From Callorhinchus milii (Eukaryota): a DNA stretch of 54,834 nt. How positions within the stretch are numbered: the stretch's first letter is position 1; each line of letters begins with the position of its first letter. The notes beneath the pieces are model-generated. The model was given only the letters and a program-made list of their open reading frames with translations. It was not told the DNA's origin and did no database searches. The stretch lies in NCBI RefSeq assembly GCF_018977255.1, contig NW_024705314.1, positions 1 to 54,834 of the forward strand, written 5' to 3'. Positions 36,984 to 48,535 of the stretch are shown here, piece by piece. The translations under genes and the position numbers were made by a program.

Positions 36984-38149
36984 TCACACAATTTAGATGG
37001 CGCGCAGACTCGGGCAGGACGGGAGCTTCAAGGAATGCGCCGGCCTACGAACCAGCCAAACTTTAAACGCCGCCTGTGCCCTCGTGCCCCGCATGCACCT
37101 CCACTCCCCATTTACGTTTCTCGGAAAAGGTTGTTGGCCCTTTTTAAAATAAATACTTTGACCCTCGCTGAAAAAATGAGCGACCTCCCCATTAAGAATG
37201 TGCAGTTACAATTACTTGCGCAACAGCGGCAGTACCAGTCCGTGCGTTTCTTTATTTGTGGAAGTCATATTTTATTATTATTATTATTTAACAAGCAGAT
37301 TAAATAATCCCATTGCTACGCATGGGGTATTGCCCTCCTTTTCCAGGGTCACCTGGGAGATTTATCGTTCTCCTGTGTTAGGACAAGTTTTAGGCTCCTA
37401 GCGCTAAGCCAATGTGGTTTGGGGTTATCATAATAATAACAATTTCGTTTCATATAGCGTCATTCAGGCAATTGCATCCCACAACACCGCACATAAATTA
37501 TCCAGTGCCGTACACAAATATAAAACAGAATCCCCACTACTTAGCAAATACAAAAAAAACGAATACATAAATAACGAGGAGAAAAATTTACGTAACAAGA
37601 AAAATAAATTAAATAAATTAAAATAAATAAATACCTTCGGTCTCCATACCCCTCCAGACCACAATCCCAACATTTCTCCGGAATTTGGAGAACCTTCACT
37701 GGAGGGGTGGTGGACTGGCCTAAAAGTTACGAGCCAGTTGGACAATAATGGAAAGGCCTATTTTCCAGCGTATGTCCATGAACGTAAAAATTTGAATAGA
37801 TATTAATTCATGATTTATACTTAATTTTAGATACCGTTAATCAGAATCAGAATATTTATACTGGAGAAATACGATGAGCTATGAAGCAATTTTTTTCATG
37901 GATTAAATTTAATTTCAGTAAACGAGTGTTTTGTCTGGGATAACAAAAAAATCATGAATGAGCACATCCAGGAAAAGGTCATTCCGATGTCAAACCCTTG
38001 GGATGACGGCGGTTTCGATTCGAACTTCCCAGCGCGGCAGGCTGGAACAACGGCGGTGCACGGTGGCACATTGCGCGCGGTTAGTCGAGCGAGCGGCGGG
38101 TCGCGTGCGGCGGGGTAAAGTATGGGCACTCCTACGTCAGTGAGAATAA

Positions 38150-38228
38150 TTTTATTTTGTTTTATTTTTATTATTTTATTACTTCCCTTCTACGTGACTT
38201 TACCGAAAGAACCAAGAAGATGACTCCC
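38150..38228 (+). mobile_element. Penelope-like family 1 terminal fragment
   Basis: T-rich spacer plus cccttctacgtgactttaccgaaagaaccaagaagatga. Confidence 0.7.
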
Positions 38229-38852
38229 ACCTCTTCCAAGACTTTTGGCCCAGCGTGGAAGATGAGTGCAAATTTCAGCTCTAAATTAGGGCCTTCTTTG
38301 TGTGTGTGTGTGTTTAGTTTATTATCCTTTCCCACCGCACTCCGAACGGCGCTGTTGGCTACGTACGGTGCGAAAGAAGTTCAATATACATGCATAATTT
38401 GTACAAGAATACAATGAAGGTCATTACAATTTTTACGAGTTTCAAACAACACAAGAATGTGGACAAAACACACAGCTTTTGGTGCATTATGCAGAAAAAA
38501 GCCATCAACAGTGCTGAATAACTGCACTTTGAAACTCTCTTTTTTTTTCAGCCTGCAGAAATGTTGCTGTGACGATGGGTTTTCTCATCAATTTACAGAT
38601 TTGATGAATGGCTGAACAGCTACACTTAAACCGCCCTATCCAGTTGAGAATGCCTAAGCCTGGATCGTCGGCGTAGTCCTCTTATTGAAACCGCGCAGCG
38701 CTCTTTATGTTTTGTTCCTCCCCGAGTAAAGCCTCTCTCCAAAGAGAGAATGCCGAGTGCTCGTGTTTACGCCACATTTTTGCATTAATGGCTTTTGTTC
38801 AATAGACTAAAGCCCGCACGCAGACAGCTGGGGCGAGAATCTAAAAACTCAC

Positions 38853-39324
38853 CATGCGTGAATTTTCTTCTTTTTTTTGTTACCCCTTCTTCCATCCAGC
38901 CACTCGAGTAGAGAGTAGATAGCATTTTTGAGAGAGATGTTCCCTGATCTTCGTATCTCAGAGGCACTGGCAAAGGCTTTGTTGTTGATTGAACCACGAG
39001 GAGCCCCCGTGCCCAGCTGTGCACCCACGTCAACATTTCTGGGGGGGGGGGGGGTGAAATAATTTTTCAACCGAGAAAGTGAAAAGATAAAAAGTGAAAA
39101 TATCTTGGTCGCATCACTTGCTGGCAAGCGCTTGTAGTTACGTACGGTACGTTAAATTTCTTTCGCGCCGTACGTAGACAACCGCACTAATCGAAGGTGT
39201 GCGGGGGGGGGGACAACACACTAAATACAAAAAGCTGTTATAAAAGTGGCGTTCATATACAAACATATTGCAATGCATATTTTAAAAAAAATCTACACTC
39301 ACCGGTGTTATTGTTATTAGCCAT
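38853..39324 (-). CDS. Weak candidate two-exon coding start (39324-39303 joined to 39038-38853), unknown product
   Basis: Two G|GTGAGT donors (39302 and 38852), acceptors tttttatttcaag and (c)14ag, a Kozak-like GCAATGG, and a 186-nt symmetric exon open in the spliced frame. No recognisable homology. Confidence 0.25.
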
Positions 39325-40279
39325 TGCAGTGTCTCAGACGTTATGACTTCTCCCGTGCGTCAAGGAAAGCGAGGCCTCCACCTCACTTTCTCTCTCTCTC
39401 TGCTTGAAATAAAAATGGCCTTGGTGTGAATTAAGCATTGCACCCTGTCCTTCGTCAATTGTGATAGAATGTTAACCCGTGTAAAGTGTTTACAACGAAA
39501 AAGTGGGTGGATTGATACGGTTTTCGTTTTCAAAGGGTCAAGGCTTTGGTTTTAGGAAATGTTGGGTGGGAATTGTAGATGTTGCATATTCTCTCAACTC
39601 AAAATAAAAAAAGGCTGCTGCCAAAATTTGTATTTTCTTTAACGTACACTATCTAAATCAAATCCACAAATCCACAAGAGTGCTGTGAGTGTAAAATGAA
39701 AAATAAATGGTTGGCGATCGGGTTTGGTTTTAGAGGTTTTAGGGTTACGGTTGGAATTAATGCTTTGGTTTTAGGGGTATGACTGTTTTTGTATCAGATA
39801 GAGACTGGTGTCTGGGTCAGAGTTCATTTATTGCTGTACATAACATTACTTCCTTGGCTAAAATGTATTAATTTGAAGGTTTTTCTACAACGTGACACAA
39901 AAAGTCTTGGATATTTTTATTAAATGCTTTTGTATATTTTATTGCTCACTTGTTCTATTTTGTGTGATTTATATTTCCCCATTTGTGTTCCATCGTTCGT
40001 CTTATTTTAAAATCGCTTACAAAAGCTTTTAAAATTAACACATTCAAATACAATTACAGGCCTGACCCGTAAATGTATTTGCAAGATTGGGAATTGTGCA
40101 TTATAGGGATGACGACGATGATGATGATGTGAATTTGAACCCCAGAACTATTATTTAACGTGTACATGTCCGTGTATATATTTGGTGATGCTGCTGATAC
40201 TGCTTTGGCAGTGGTGCTCAAGCTCAATTAATAAAACACAAATTGTACACAGACGTCAGTTCTTTTAATAATAATTTAC

Positions 40280-40580
40280 ATTCATTCGTAAGGCGGGCCT
40301 TTCACTAATGTCTCAAGGCGCCTTGTAAGAATAACGAAAGGCCAAGAGAGAGGGAGAAGCTAAATAGAATAAACGGACTTAAGAAGATGTGGTTTTAGAG
40401 GAGGCTTAAAAATAACCAACATTATCGGATAAATTAATTTCCAACAGTAGGAGAATTCCACAACCGTGGTGCAGGCACGGCATAATGCCCGCTCGCCCCA
40501 GGAACGCATCCGGGATCGAGGTACGCACAGAAGGCCGGAGTCTGCACATGTGGTCATTCCCCGAAACGTCGGGCAGTGAC
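40280..40580 (-). mobile_element. L2 LINE ORF2 C-terminal fragment and 3' UTR
   Basis: ADSGLLCVPRSRMRSWGERAL...IFKPPLKPHLL matches the L2 end motif RSxxxxLLxVPRxxxxxGxRAF...FKxxLKTHLF. Tail is (tgaa)n. Confidence 0.8.
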
Positions 40581-40635
40581 TGCATGTGTTATTGTTTCTC
40601 TGTGTGCGCACATGTATTTGTATGCGTGTGTGTGT

Positions 40636-40920
40636 GGGAGCAGTAGTGAGCGGTTAGCGCGCTGCGCTACGAACCCGACGACCCGAATTCGATTCCCGCT
40701 CACGACCAACACCACTGACGATTATCTAAACCGATCATGGGCCTCCCCTAGGTCGACTCAGCCTCAAAATAGGTACCTGGTGCGATGTGTAACATCGCCA
40801 CTCGGAAGACAAAGGCAGCCGGGCGTGGTGCTGGCCGCCCACCCCTCGTGTGCCGTGCCGGCCGTAATGGGTGCTACTCGCTAACAGCACTTGCCCCCAG
40901 TCTGTGAAGGCTATAGGGGG
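40636..40920 (+). mobile_element. SINE family 2
   Basis: Full-length match to the 28644 copy. Confidence 0.85.
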
Positions 40921-41211
40921 AGGGGGGGGGCTCTTTATCTTTCCATATCCACGTACGAGAGTTTGTTTGTACAAATCATCACGTATACCGGGTAACGTGG
41001 ACGAACGAGCAATGAACTCAAACGCGGGGTAGCGGGAACAAGGTTTCTGGAAAGTGTGGTGGGTGAGCGTTAACGATAAAAAAATTTTACTCTTACACAT
41101 TGCACCGTGCATTCCTTGCAGTGTGTCATGTGTGCTCTCCAGCTCGGCTATATTCTCCTACAATTGTGCTTTCCCTGCCCTGCCTCTTCCAGTTAATAAC
41201 ATCACGTCTCT

Positions 41212-41430
41212 ATGTATGTCTAACTTCTTTCGCACCGTACATATCCAACCGTGATAATCGGAGGTGCGGGGCGGGGAGGTAGGACAACAAACCGAACGCA
41301 AAAAAGCAGTTCTAAAGAAATGAGTTTTCAACCGAGATGATTTAAAAGTGCACAGCTCCAATGGTTTCTTAATATCGGTAAGAAGAGCTTTCCAGACGGC
41401 CGCACAAGCGCATCTGAAAGCGGCTGGCCA
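41212..41430 (-). mobile_element. L2 LINE 3' end; shorter tails at about 31300, 31910, 38300, 39155, 49340, 53034 and 53085
   Basis: The minus strand gives AFRCACAAVWKALLTDIKKPLELCTFKSSRLKTHFFRTAF (L2 C-terminus), a terminal stem-loop with a GGATA/GGCTA loop and an (acat)n tail. Confidence 0.88.
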
Positions 41431-41470
41431 AAAGCCCTCTGCTGCTGCTGCTGTGATTAGCGCGAGTTGG

Positions 41471-41593
41471 CGTGACGATGGTGCATGTTGTGATGATGGT
41501 GCATGCTCCGTGACGATGGTGCATGCTCTGTAATGGTGATGTTGATGATGTGCATGCTCCGTGAATGGTATGCGGACTGGTGCATGCTTCGGT
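41471..41593. repeat. Degenerate ~20-nt tandem repeat (gtgacgatggtgcatgctcc)
   Basis: gtgcatg recurs five times. Confidence 0.75.
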
Positions 41594-42202
41594 GAGTGCG
41601 TCGTGACGAGGGCATCTCGTGGAGGGCTGCTCGTGATGAGCACTGTGTGTGGCTGCTCGGCGATCATGCTGTAGTGTGCATGTCCGGCGGATGCTCGAGA
41701 CTGTCGGTCCTTGCGAACGTTGAGCTCCAACGATGCGATATTAGCGAGAGCGATCCTAGCAATGGCGATATGTTTTGCTGTTGCTTTGTTGTGTCGAAAT
41801 GTATGTCGCTATTGTAAACTTTAAATCACATTTCTTGTGATCACCGTTACGTTGTTTTTATAGCATTATTTTAGTAATTTCTAGAAAGGTTTAGTTTAGC
41901 CCGATTTTTTATGTAATGTAGAGTTATACTTAAAATTTTAATCTACATTGTATTACGATTGTTATTGTGAACTAACATCAAAATAGGATTTTTTTTGCAC
42001 ATTTTTGTACGCAGCATAAACAAACGGTGCTTTTTCTGGAATATTTTATTGTTTTTGTTAGGGGATGTTTCAATTTGCGTACAGTCAATTTTAAACGTAT
42101 CTTGTAATTGTATTGTTTGTTGCGGTTGCACCCGAATCAAGAGCCGAATGGCTCACAGGGTTATTCCAAATAAATTAAACTGAAAACTGAAAAACTGATT
42201 TT

Positions 42203-42334
42203 GATTTAAAGCTTTCGTGACTGCAGGGATTCATATTCTTGGTTCTTTCGGTAAAGTCACGTAGAAGGGAAATAATAAAAATAAATATCAAACAATAAAC
42301 ATTCTCACGACGTTTCGACTGCAACACAAGCAAT
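42203..42334 (-). mobile_element. Penelope-like family 1 fragment truncated inside the hammerhead
   Basis: Tail, spacer and stem II/GAAACGTC are present, but CUGAUGA is lost. Confidence 0.8.
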
Positions 42335-42575
42335 CTGATGTCGCGCGGTCAAGCGTCTTCGCGTCACGGGTTACGGTCTCAACTACGCGCTTGAAGGGCC
42401 CCCCCCCCTCCCTCCAGCGGCAGCTGTCACTACTACGCATCAAGGTGACTCGGCATCGGTTTTTGTGTTCATCGACGAGCTCAGCTGGGCGACTCTTCCG
42501 GCGCCGCTCGTCCACCGCGCTGGACCTCCCCGCGTTGCCCTGTTCTGTTGCCGCTTTGGCATTTGCAATTATCAT

Positions 42576-42606
42576 CTGCTGCTGCTGCTGCTCCTGCTGC
42601 TGCTGC

Positions 42607-42700
<94 letters not shown>

Positions 42701-42765
42701 CCTGCGGTTGCTGTTGTTGCTGCTGCTGCTGTGTGTTGCTGTTGTTGTTGCTGCTGCTGTGTTGG

Positions 42766-42839
<74 letters not shown>

Positions 42840-43006
42840 TTGCTGCTGCTGTTGCTGCTGCTGCTGTGTCTGCTGTTGTTGTTGCTGCTGTTGTTGCGCT
42901 GCTGCTGCTGCTTGTTGTTGTTGCTGCTGTTGCTGCTGCTGTTGCTGCTGCTGTTGTTTGTTGCTGCTGCTGTTGTTGCTGCTGCTGCTGCTCCTCCTGC
43001 TGCTGC

Positions 43007-43038
<32 letters not shown>

Positions 43039-43048
43039 ATGTTGTTGC
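42576..43048. repeat. Long (CTG/TTG)n trinucleotide repeat (CAG/CAA on the minus strand)
   Basis: About 470 bp of imperfect triplets with several phase slips. Confidence 0.97.
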
Positions 43049-43598
43049 AGATGACGACAATGAATACGACGCGACAATAGACCGCGCAGAACAGGAGCAC
43101 GGAGTGTAGCGGGTGAATGGCGAGGACCCCCCCACCCCACGCGTGTCGCGCACGCACAGCCGAGCAACGTGACGAGTGTTCGTTCGTGCGCCCTGCGCGG
43201 CGCGCGCCTAACGAGGGACCGCGCGGATGAGATGATCTCGCTCGGTGTGTACACACCGTGGGCAGGGGGGGGTGAGAGAAGGGGGGGGGCATTAAGAGTT
43301 GAGAGAGTCGCAACTCCGATAAATCACGTTTGGCGCGCTGATTTTTATTCGTGTACCGCGTAGTCCTTGGGCACGCTCTCACCACGGCCTGCTGTACGAT
43401 TCCTTAATTAGGCTACAGATGACCATAAGACATCAATTGTGGGGGCGGATGGCGGGGGGGAGGGGGGCTGGGTTTGCGTGGGGAGGGTTGTGCAGTAAAC
43501 AGCCAGGCAGCGCCAGCGTTGCTGTAATTAAACTCCCGCTGTGCAGAAACCCAATTAATTTGCGCAGAGTTCATCGTTGGGAGCAGTGTCGGGCTTGT

Positions 43599-45050
43599 TG
43601 TGTGAGTGTGTGTGTACGTGTGTGTGAGTGTGTGTGTACGTGTGTGTGAGTGTGTGTACGTGTGTGTGAGTGTGTGTGTACGTGTGTGTACGTGTGTGTG
43701 AGTGTGTGTGTACGTGTGTGTACGTGTGTGTGTACGTGTGTGTGAGTGTGTGTGTACGTGTGTGTGAGTGTGTGTTTACGTGTGTGTACGTGTGTGTGAG
43801 TGTGTGTGTACGTGTGTGTGTGAGTGTGTGTGTACGTGTGTGTGAGTGTGTGTGAGTGTGTGTGTACGTGTGTGTGAGTGTGAGTGTATGTGAGTGTGTA
43901 CGTGTGTGTGTACGTGTGTGTGAGTATGTGTGTGTACGTGTGTGTGAGTGTGTGTGTACGTGTGTGTGAGTGTGTGTACACGTGTGTGTGTACGTGTGTG
44001 TGAGTGTGTGTACGTGTGTGTGAGTGTGTGTGTACGTGTGTGTGAGTGTGTGTATGTGTGTGTGTACGTGTGTATACGTGTGTGTGAGTGTGTGTGTACG
44101 TGTGTGTGAGTGTGTGTGTAAGTGTGTGTGAGTGTGTGTGTGGGTGTGAGTGTGTGTGAGTGTATGTGTGAGTGTGTGTGAGTGTGTGTGTGAGTGTGTG
44201 TGTAGGTGTGTGTACGTGTGTGTGTACGTGTGTGTGTGTGTACGTGTGTGTGAGTGTGTGTGTACGTGTGTGTGAGTGTGTGTGTACGTGTGTGTGTACG
44301 TGTGTATACGTGTGTGTGAGTGTGTGTGAGTGTGTGTGTACGTGTGTGAGTGTGTGTGTGAGTGTGTGTGAGTGTGTGTGTGAGTGTGTGTGTACGTGTG
44401 TGTACGTGTGTGTGTGTGTATGTACGTGTGTGTGAGTGTGTGAGTGTGTGTGTAGGTGTGTGTGTACGTGTGTGTGAGTGTGTGTGTACGTGTGTGTGAG
44501 TGTGTGTGTGTACGTGTGTGTGAGTGTGTGTGTGAGTGTGTGTGTACATGTGTGTGAGTGTGTGTCTGTGTGTGTACGTGTGTGTGTGTGAGTGTGTGTG
44601 TACATGTGTGTGAGTAAGTGTGTGTACGTGTGTGTGAGTGTGTGTACGTGTGTGTGTACGTGTGTGTGTACGTGTGTATACGTGTGTGTGAGTGTGTGTG
44701 TGAGTGTGTGTGTACGTGTGTGTGAGAGTGTGTGTACGTGTGTGTACGTGTGTATACGTGTGTGTGAGTGTGTGTGTACTTGTGTGTGTGTAAGTGTGTG
44801 TACGTGTGTGTGAGTGTGTGTACGTGTGTGTGTACGTGTGTGTGTACGTGTGTGTGAGTGTGTGTGTGTACGTGTGTGTGTGTACGTGTGTGTGAGTGAT
44901 GTGTGTACGTGTGTGTGAGTGTGTGTGTACGTGTGTGTGAGTGTGTGTGTACGTGTGTGTAACTGTGTGTGTACGTGTGTGAGTGTGTGTGAACGTGTGT
45001 GTGAGTGTGTGTGTGAGTGTGTGTGTACGTGTGTGTGAGTGTGTGTGTGT
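43599..45050. repeat. Compound (TG)n microsatellite with AG and AC interruptions (gtgtgtgagtgtgtgtgtac)
   Basis: About 1.45 kb, direct observation. Confidence 0.98.
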
Positions 45051-45320
45051 GAGGAGCGGTAGTGTAGCGGTTGAGCGCGCTGCGCTATGAACCCAGCGAC
45101 ACGGGTTCGATTCCGCTCACGGCCAACACCAGTGACGATTATTTGAACCGGTTCTGGGCCTCTCTTAGGTCGACTCGGCCTCAAATGAGTACCTGGCGCG
45201 GTACGTACAAACATATGCTGGCCACCCACCCTCTCGTGTGCCGTTCTGGCCTTCATAGGTGCTCGCTAACAGCACTTGCTTCTACAATCTGTTTAGGCTA
45301 TACGGGGGTGTCTTTGTCTT
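45051..45320 (+). mobile_element. SINE family 2
   Basis: Head gagcggtagtgtagcggttgagc, B box ggttcgattcc, core ggtcgactcggcctcaaatgagtacctgg. Confidence 0.85.
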
Positions 45321-45914
45321 TGTGTGCGTGAAAATACAATGTGCGTCCGTGTCGCGCATCAAGTGACCTATTTTAAAAGCGTAAAAATATTGAACGCGCT
45401 TTAATTACCTCAATCCCAGCTGACGAATGCGACTTCCAAAAATTATTTTACGCGCCCATAATAATAATGTCTATCGTTGATTTTAATTTACGTCCAATAT
45501 TTTCGGCACCGTAATTGCATGTTGCTGTAAATATAACCCCATTAATTTATTGTCGACACAGGAGCCCATTTGCTATTTTCTTTTATTTAAATAAATTATA
45601 TCTATCCTGTCCGAATTGTCAATCTCGTTTTAAATTTAAAAGCCATTCTGTGATGACAATACGGCGTGGACGGGCTTATTGCGAGGTGAGCCTATGCCTC
45701 TCCGTGCGTGCGGTGCCGTTGTACAATTGAAAACTCTTGTTAACGTCGCATCGTTGTGAGCTCGCGCTCGTTTGCCGCACAAAGTGTTTGCCGCAAACGA
45801 ACTCGTCACGGAGCACGAACCATCATCACGTCAACTCGCGCTCATCCTCGCACAGTAGCAGCAGCAGCGGGCTTTTGGCCAGCCACCGAACAAAGACGGT
45901 CTCATCGCATCGCG

Positions 45915-46123
45915 CGCGCTTTCAGATGCGCTTCTGCGGCCGTCTGGAACGCTCCTGCATCCGATATTAGGAAGCCAACTGGAGCTCTGCACTTTTAAAT
46001 GTTGATTGAAAACTCTCTTGTTGAGAACTACTTTTTGCGTTTCGTTTGTTGTCCTTCCCCCGCAATCATCGATTAGCACGGCTGGCTACGTACGGTGCGA
46101 AAGAAGTTCAACATACATGCATA
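45915..46123 (+). mobile_element. L2 LINE 3' end
   Basis: RAFRCASAAVWNAPASDIRKP, followed by the same tail as the 41212 copy. Confidence 0.85.
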
Positions 46124-46262
46124 CAGAGAACATGGGCTGATGCGGTACAGGAGGATGTGGAGCTGATGGAGGAGGCTCGTGTAGGACGCTGCTACTGGAC
46201 AGTTGGAGGCAGTCGCCCTCCAACAACAATGGAGGGCAGAGGAGCGACGCTCACAACAACGA
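46124..46262 (+). mobile_element. RTE-like LINE 3' fragment
   Basis: RTWADAVQEDVELMEEA resembles the RTE C-terminal xxWxDxVxEDxxxxG motif. Tail is (aca)n. Confidence 0.45.
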
Positions 46263-47069
46263 GCAGATAAAACGCAGCAAGTGAGTATGGTAGAGAGGCA
46301 CAGATGGTGTATCTGCCAGTCATCTCAGTCGGTCAACCCATGGCACCTGAGGGTCTGACCCCCAGGTGCCATGGGTTGCAGAATGCGGACCGTTATAACG
46401 CAGAACGCAGAACGCGCACCGTTATAACGCAGAACGCGCAATGTTGTAGTGCGTAACGCGCGACGTTGTAACTCAGAAGGCGCGTCATGATCACGTGGTA
46501 CACGCGGCATTACAAAGGGGTCTCTAAGCGGCCGACAACCAACTCCTTTCTTGAGCTGCGCGGCTGAGCGGTGTGGAATTCTTGGAATGCGGCGGCGTAC
46601 CCTCATCTCAGTCCCGTTGTCACGCCATGGGATGACCGCACGCCGAGTGTACAGCGAGAACGTGATTCGGCGAAGAGTGATTCCTCGCTCTACACGGCCA
46701 TCGCTTGAAGCGGCACTTTCCGTGAACGCATCGACCGCACCGAACGCGGAATTGCTGAACAGTACGAGGTCGGATTGTTGTTTTTGTGCGATGGCCTCTT
46801 GCAGGCAGCCTATGGCACCTGTTTCACTCGTGGTGCTCGCCCATTCGAGCACTAGGCAGTCTCAACCCAGCTTGGTTTCCGAGGTATGCCGAGATGGGGC
46901 GGATTCCAGGTGATTTATTCCACGTTGAAATCCGTCAGAAATGTTACTTCGAGTCGATGTAGGGAGCCTGGGTTTGACTCCTGGTCGTGATGCACATCAC
47001 CAGTGGCAATGGATATCTGAACCTGGGTTGAGGCATTCCCTCGGTCAGTATATACACATGCATTGAGAT

Positions 47070-47190
47070 GATTTAGCTGTGAAACACTTCCACGTGATAA
47101 GCCACATTGTTGAGCTATCGTTTGTGGCTAAGTCGCTTCTGCAAAATAAGTTCATAGCTCAGTGGGCTTTACCTGGTAAGACACAAATAT
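47070..47190 (+). mobile_element. V-SINE 3' fragment
   Basis: ttccacgtgataagccac.ttgttgagctatc...ctcagtgggctttacctggtaa. Confidence 0.75.
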
Positions 47191-47974
47191 TCTATAGTTT
47201 AGTTATATTTGTATATTTTTTAAAAGTCATTTGTTTACCTTTCTTATACTTTGGGCTCTGATCGTGTTTTTGTGTTGTTTGTTGTTGTTGTAACGTTCTG
47301 ACGCGCCACGACTGGACATCTGCGAAAAGAGCTCATCGGATTCCGCCAGTATGAATAAATATTCTGCTTCTGATAGCTTGACATGGGTAGCTGTGTGTGA
47401 ATTGCAGCGTTCGGGAGACAAAAGGGGGCCACAGTCGTTGATGCTCGTTACACCATTCTTCAGGTTCGGTAGAAATCTTAACAGTTGCTAACTCACAGCA
47501 ACACTTGCTCCAAGAATCCCACACAATTCAAAGAGGAGTCTTTATCTTCACCGAAATAATTACATCTTTGCAAACAAAATGTGTGTAAATACACGCGTGA
47601 CATCCAATTTAAAACGCTCTGAGAATGGGCCATGAAATTACGTCAAGGCGCCATGTGTCCATGAGTTGCCAACATCGGCACATTTAGTCGATGAAAGCGG
47701 ATGATTTATCCACCGGTAATTGGGCCTCTTAATGCAGCTCACTTTAAAAAGGACGTCGGTGACACATTGGCATTTGTTAATTTCCTTCATTTAAATGGAG
47801 GTGCATTTAAATGAGCGAAATAGTTACCCACAAAGATCAGGTGGAACCATAAATGTACGAAGGCGACAGATTGATAAAATAGTTGGAGTAATTTTATGCC
47901 GATCTTTGTAGTCAAAAAATAATAATCGTATACCGTACCCAAGATACAAAAAATTATGTTTCAAGTAAGAAGGA

Positions 47975-48535
47975 GGTTTCCAGATGTCCCACTTGGAATT
48001 AACCATGTGACTTCTCCTCCTTCGCAGAAAGAAAACAAGGAGATCTCCCGGACCGGATGTCATTACTGTGGACGTCATCAAGAAGTGGGACCGGCTGTTG
48101 GGTCAAATATAAGTGAAAGCTGTATCATTCATAATCAACGTTTTTGGGTTAGACCGCGTTATTTATAAATGTGTCGTAACCCTCCACCACCGACACGGCC
48201 AATCAGCAAAAAAGTGTCACGTTGACAAAGACAAATCGTTCACTGCTTTAGCCCACCGGTGTGTTGAAATGTTGTGGTTTCACGCTTCAACACACCGGTG
48301 GGCTAAAGCAGTGAACTATTTGTCTTTTGTCAACGTGACACTTTTTGCTGATTGGCCGTGTCGGGTGGTGGGGGGTTACGACACATTTATAAATAACGCG
48401 ATCTAAACCCAAAAACGTTGATTATGAATAATTGGTCGCGAAAGCCTCCTACGTGTTAAAGCTGTATCAGTTATATTTGGATTTAAGTGAGATAACTCGA
48501 ATGGGGACAGGTGCCCAAATTATTCCTCTGTTTAC
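47975..48535 (+). pseudogene. Degenerate LINE reverse-transcriptase N-terminal fragment interrupted by a PLE insertion
   Basis: RKKTRRSPGPDVITVDVIK before the insertion and LKLYQLYLDLSEITRMGTGAQIIPLF after it match the non-LTR RT motifs KSPGPDGIxxExxK and LxxLFxxxxxxGxxPxxWxxAxIIPLxK. Confidence 0.65.
48128..48457 (+). mobile_element. Penelope-like family 2: ~300-bp palindrome (inverted plus direct pseudo-LTR) with 28-nt tail and 12-bp TSD
   Basis: Arms at 48127-48268 and 48286-48429, a 17-nt loop, and tail aattggtcgcgaaagcctcctacgtgtt. Exact aaagctgtatca flanks at 48116-48127 and 48458-48469. Confidence 0.75.

Noticed and set aside
39568..39578. ZNF143-associated ACTACAATTCCC-like promoter motif on the minus strand
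   Set aside because: One mismatch, the downstream half-site is missing, and the context is AT-rich, so it is too weak alone.
43571..45256. 561-aa His/Thr-rich ORF
   Set aside because: A (CA)n microsatellite read-through starting inside an antisense SINE.
46325..46852. 175-aa ORF with RRIPRIPHRSAAQLKK resembling a Tc1 helix-turn-helix region
   Set aside because: Similarity is limited to a few residues, with no DDE domain, TIRs or TA TSD.
48127..48429. Palindrome as a Crypton/MITE DNA transposon or pre-miRNA
   Set aside because: The asymmetric 28-nt tail, the offset 12-bp TSD and the link to a hammerhead copy fit a Penelope-like fold-back better. The stem is too long and perfect for a typical pre-miRNA.
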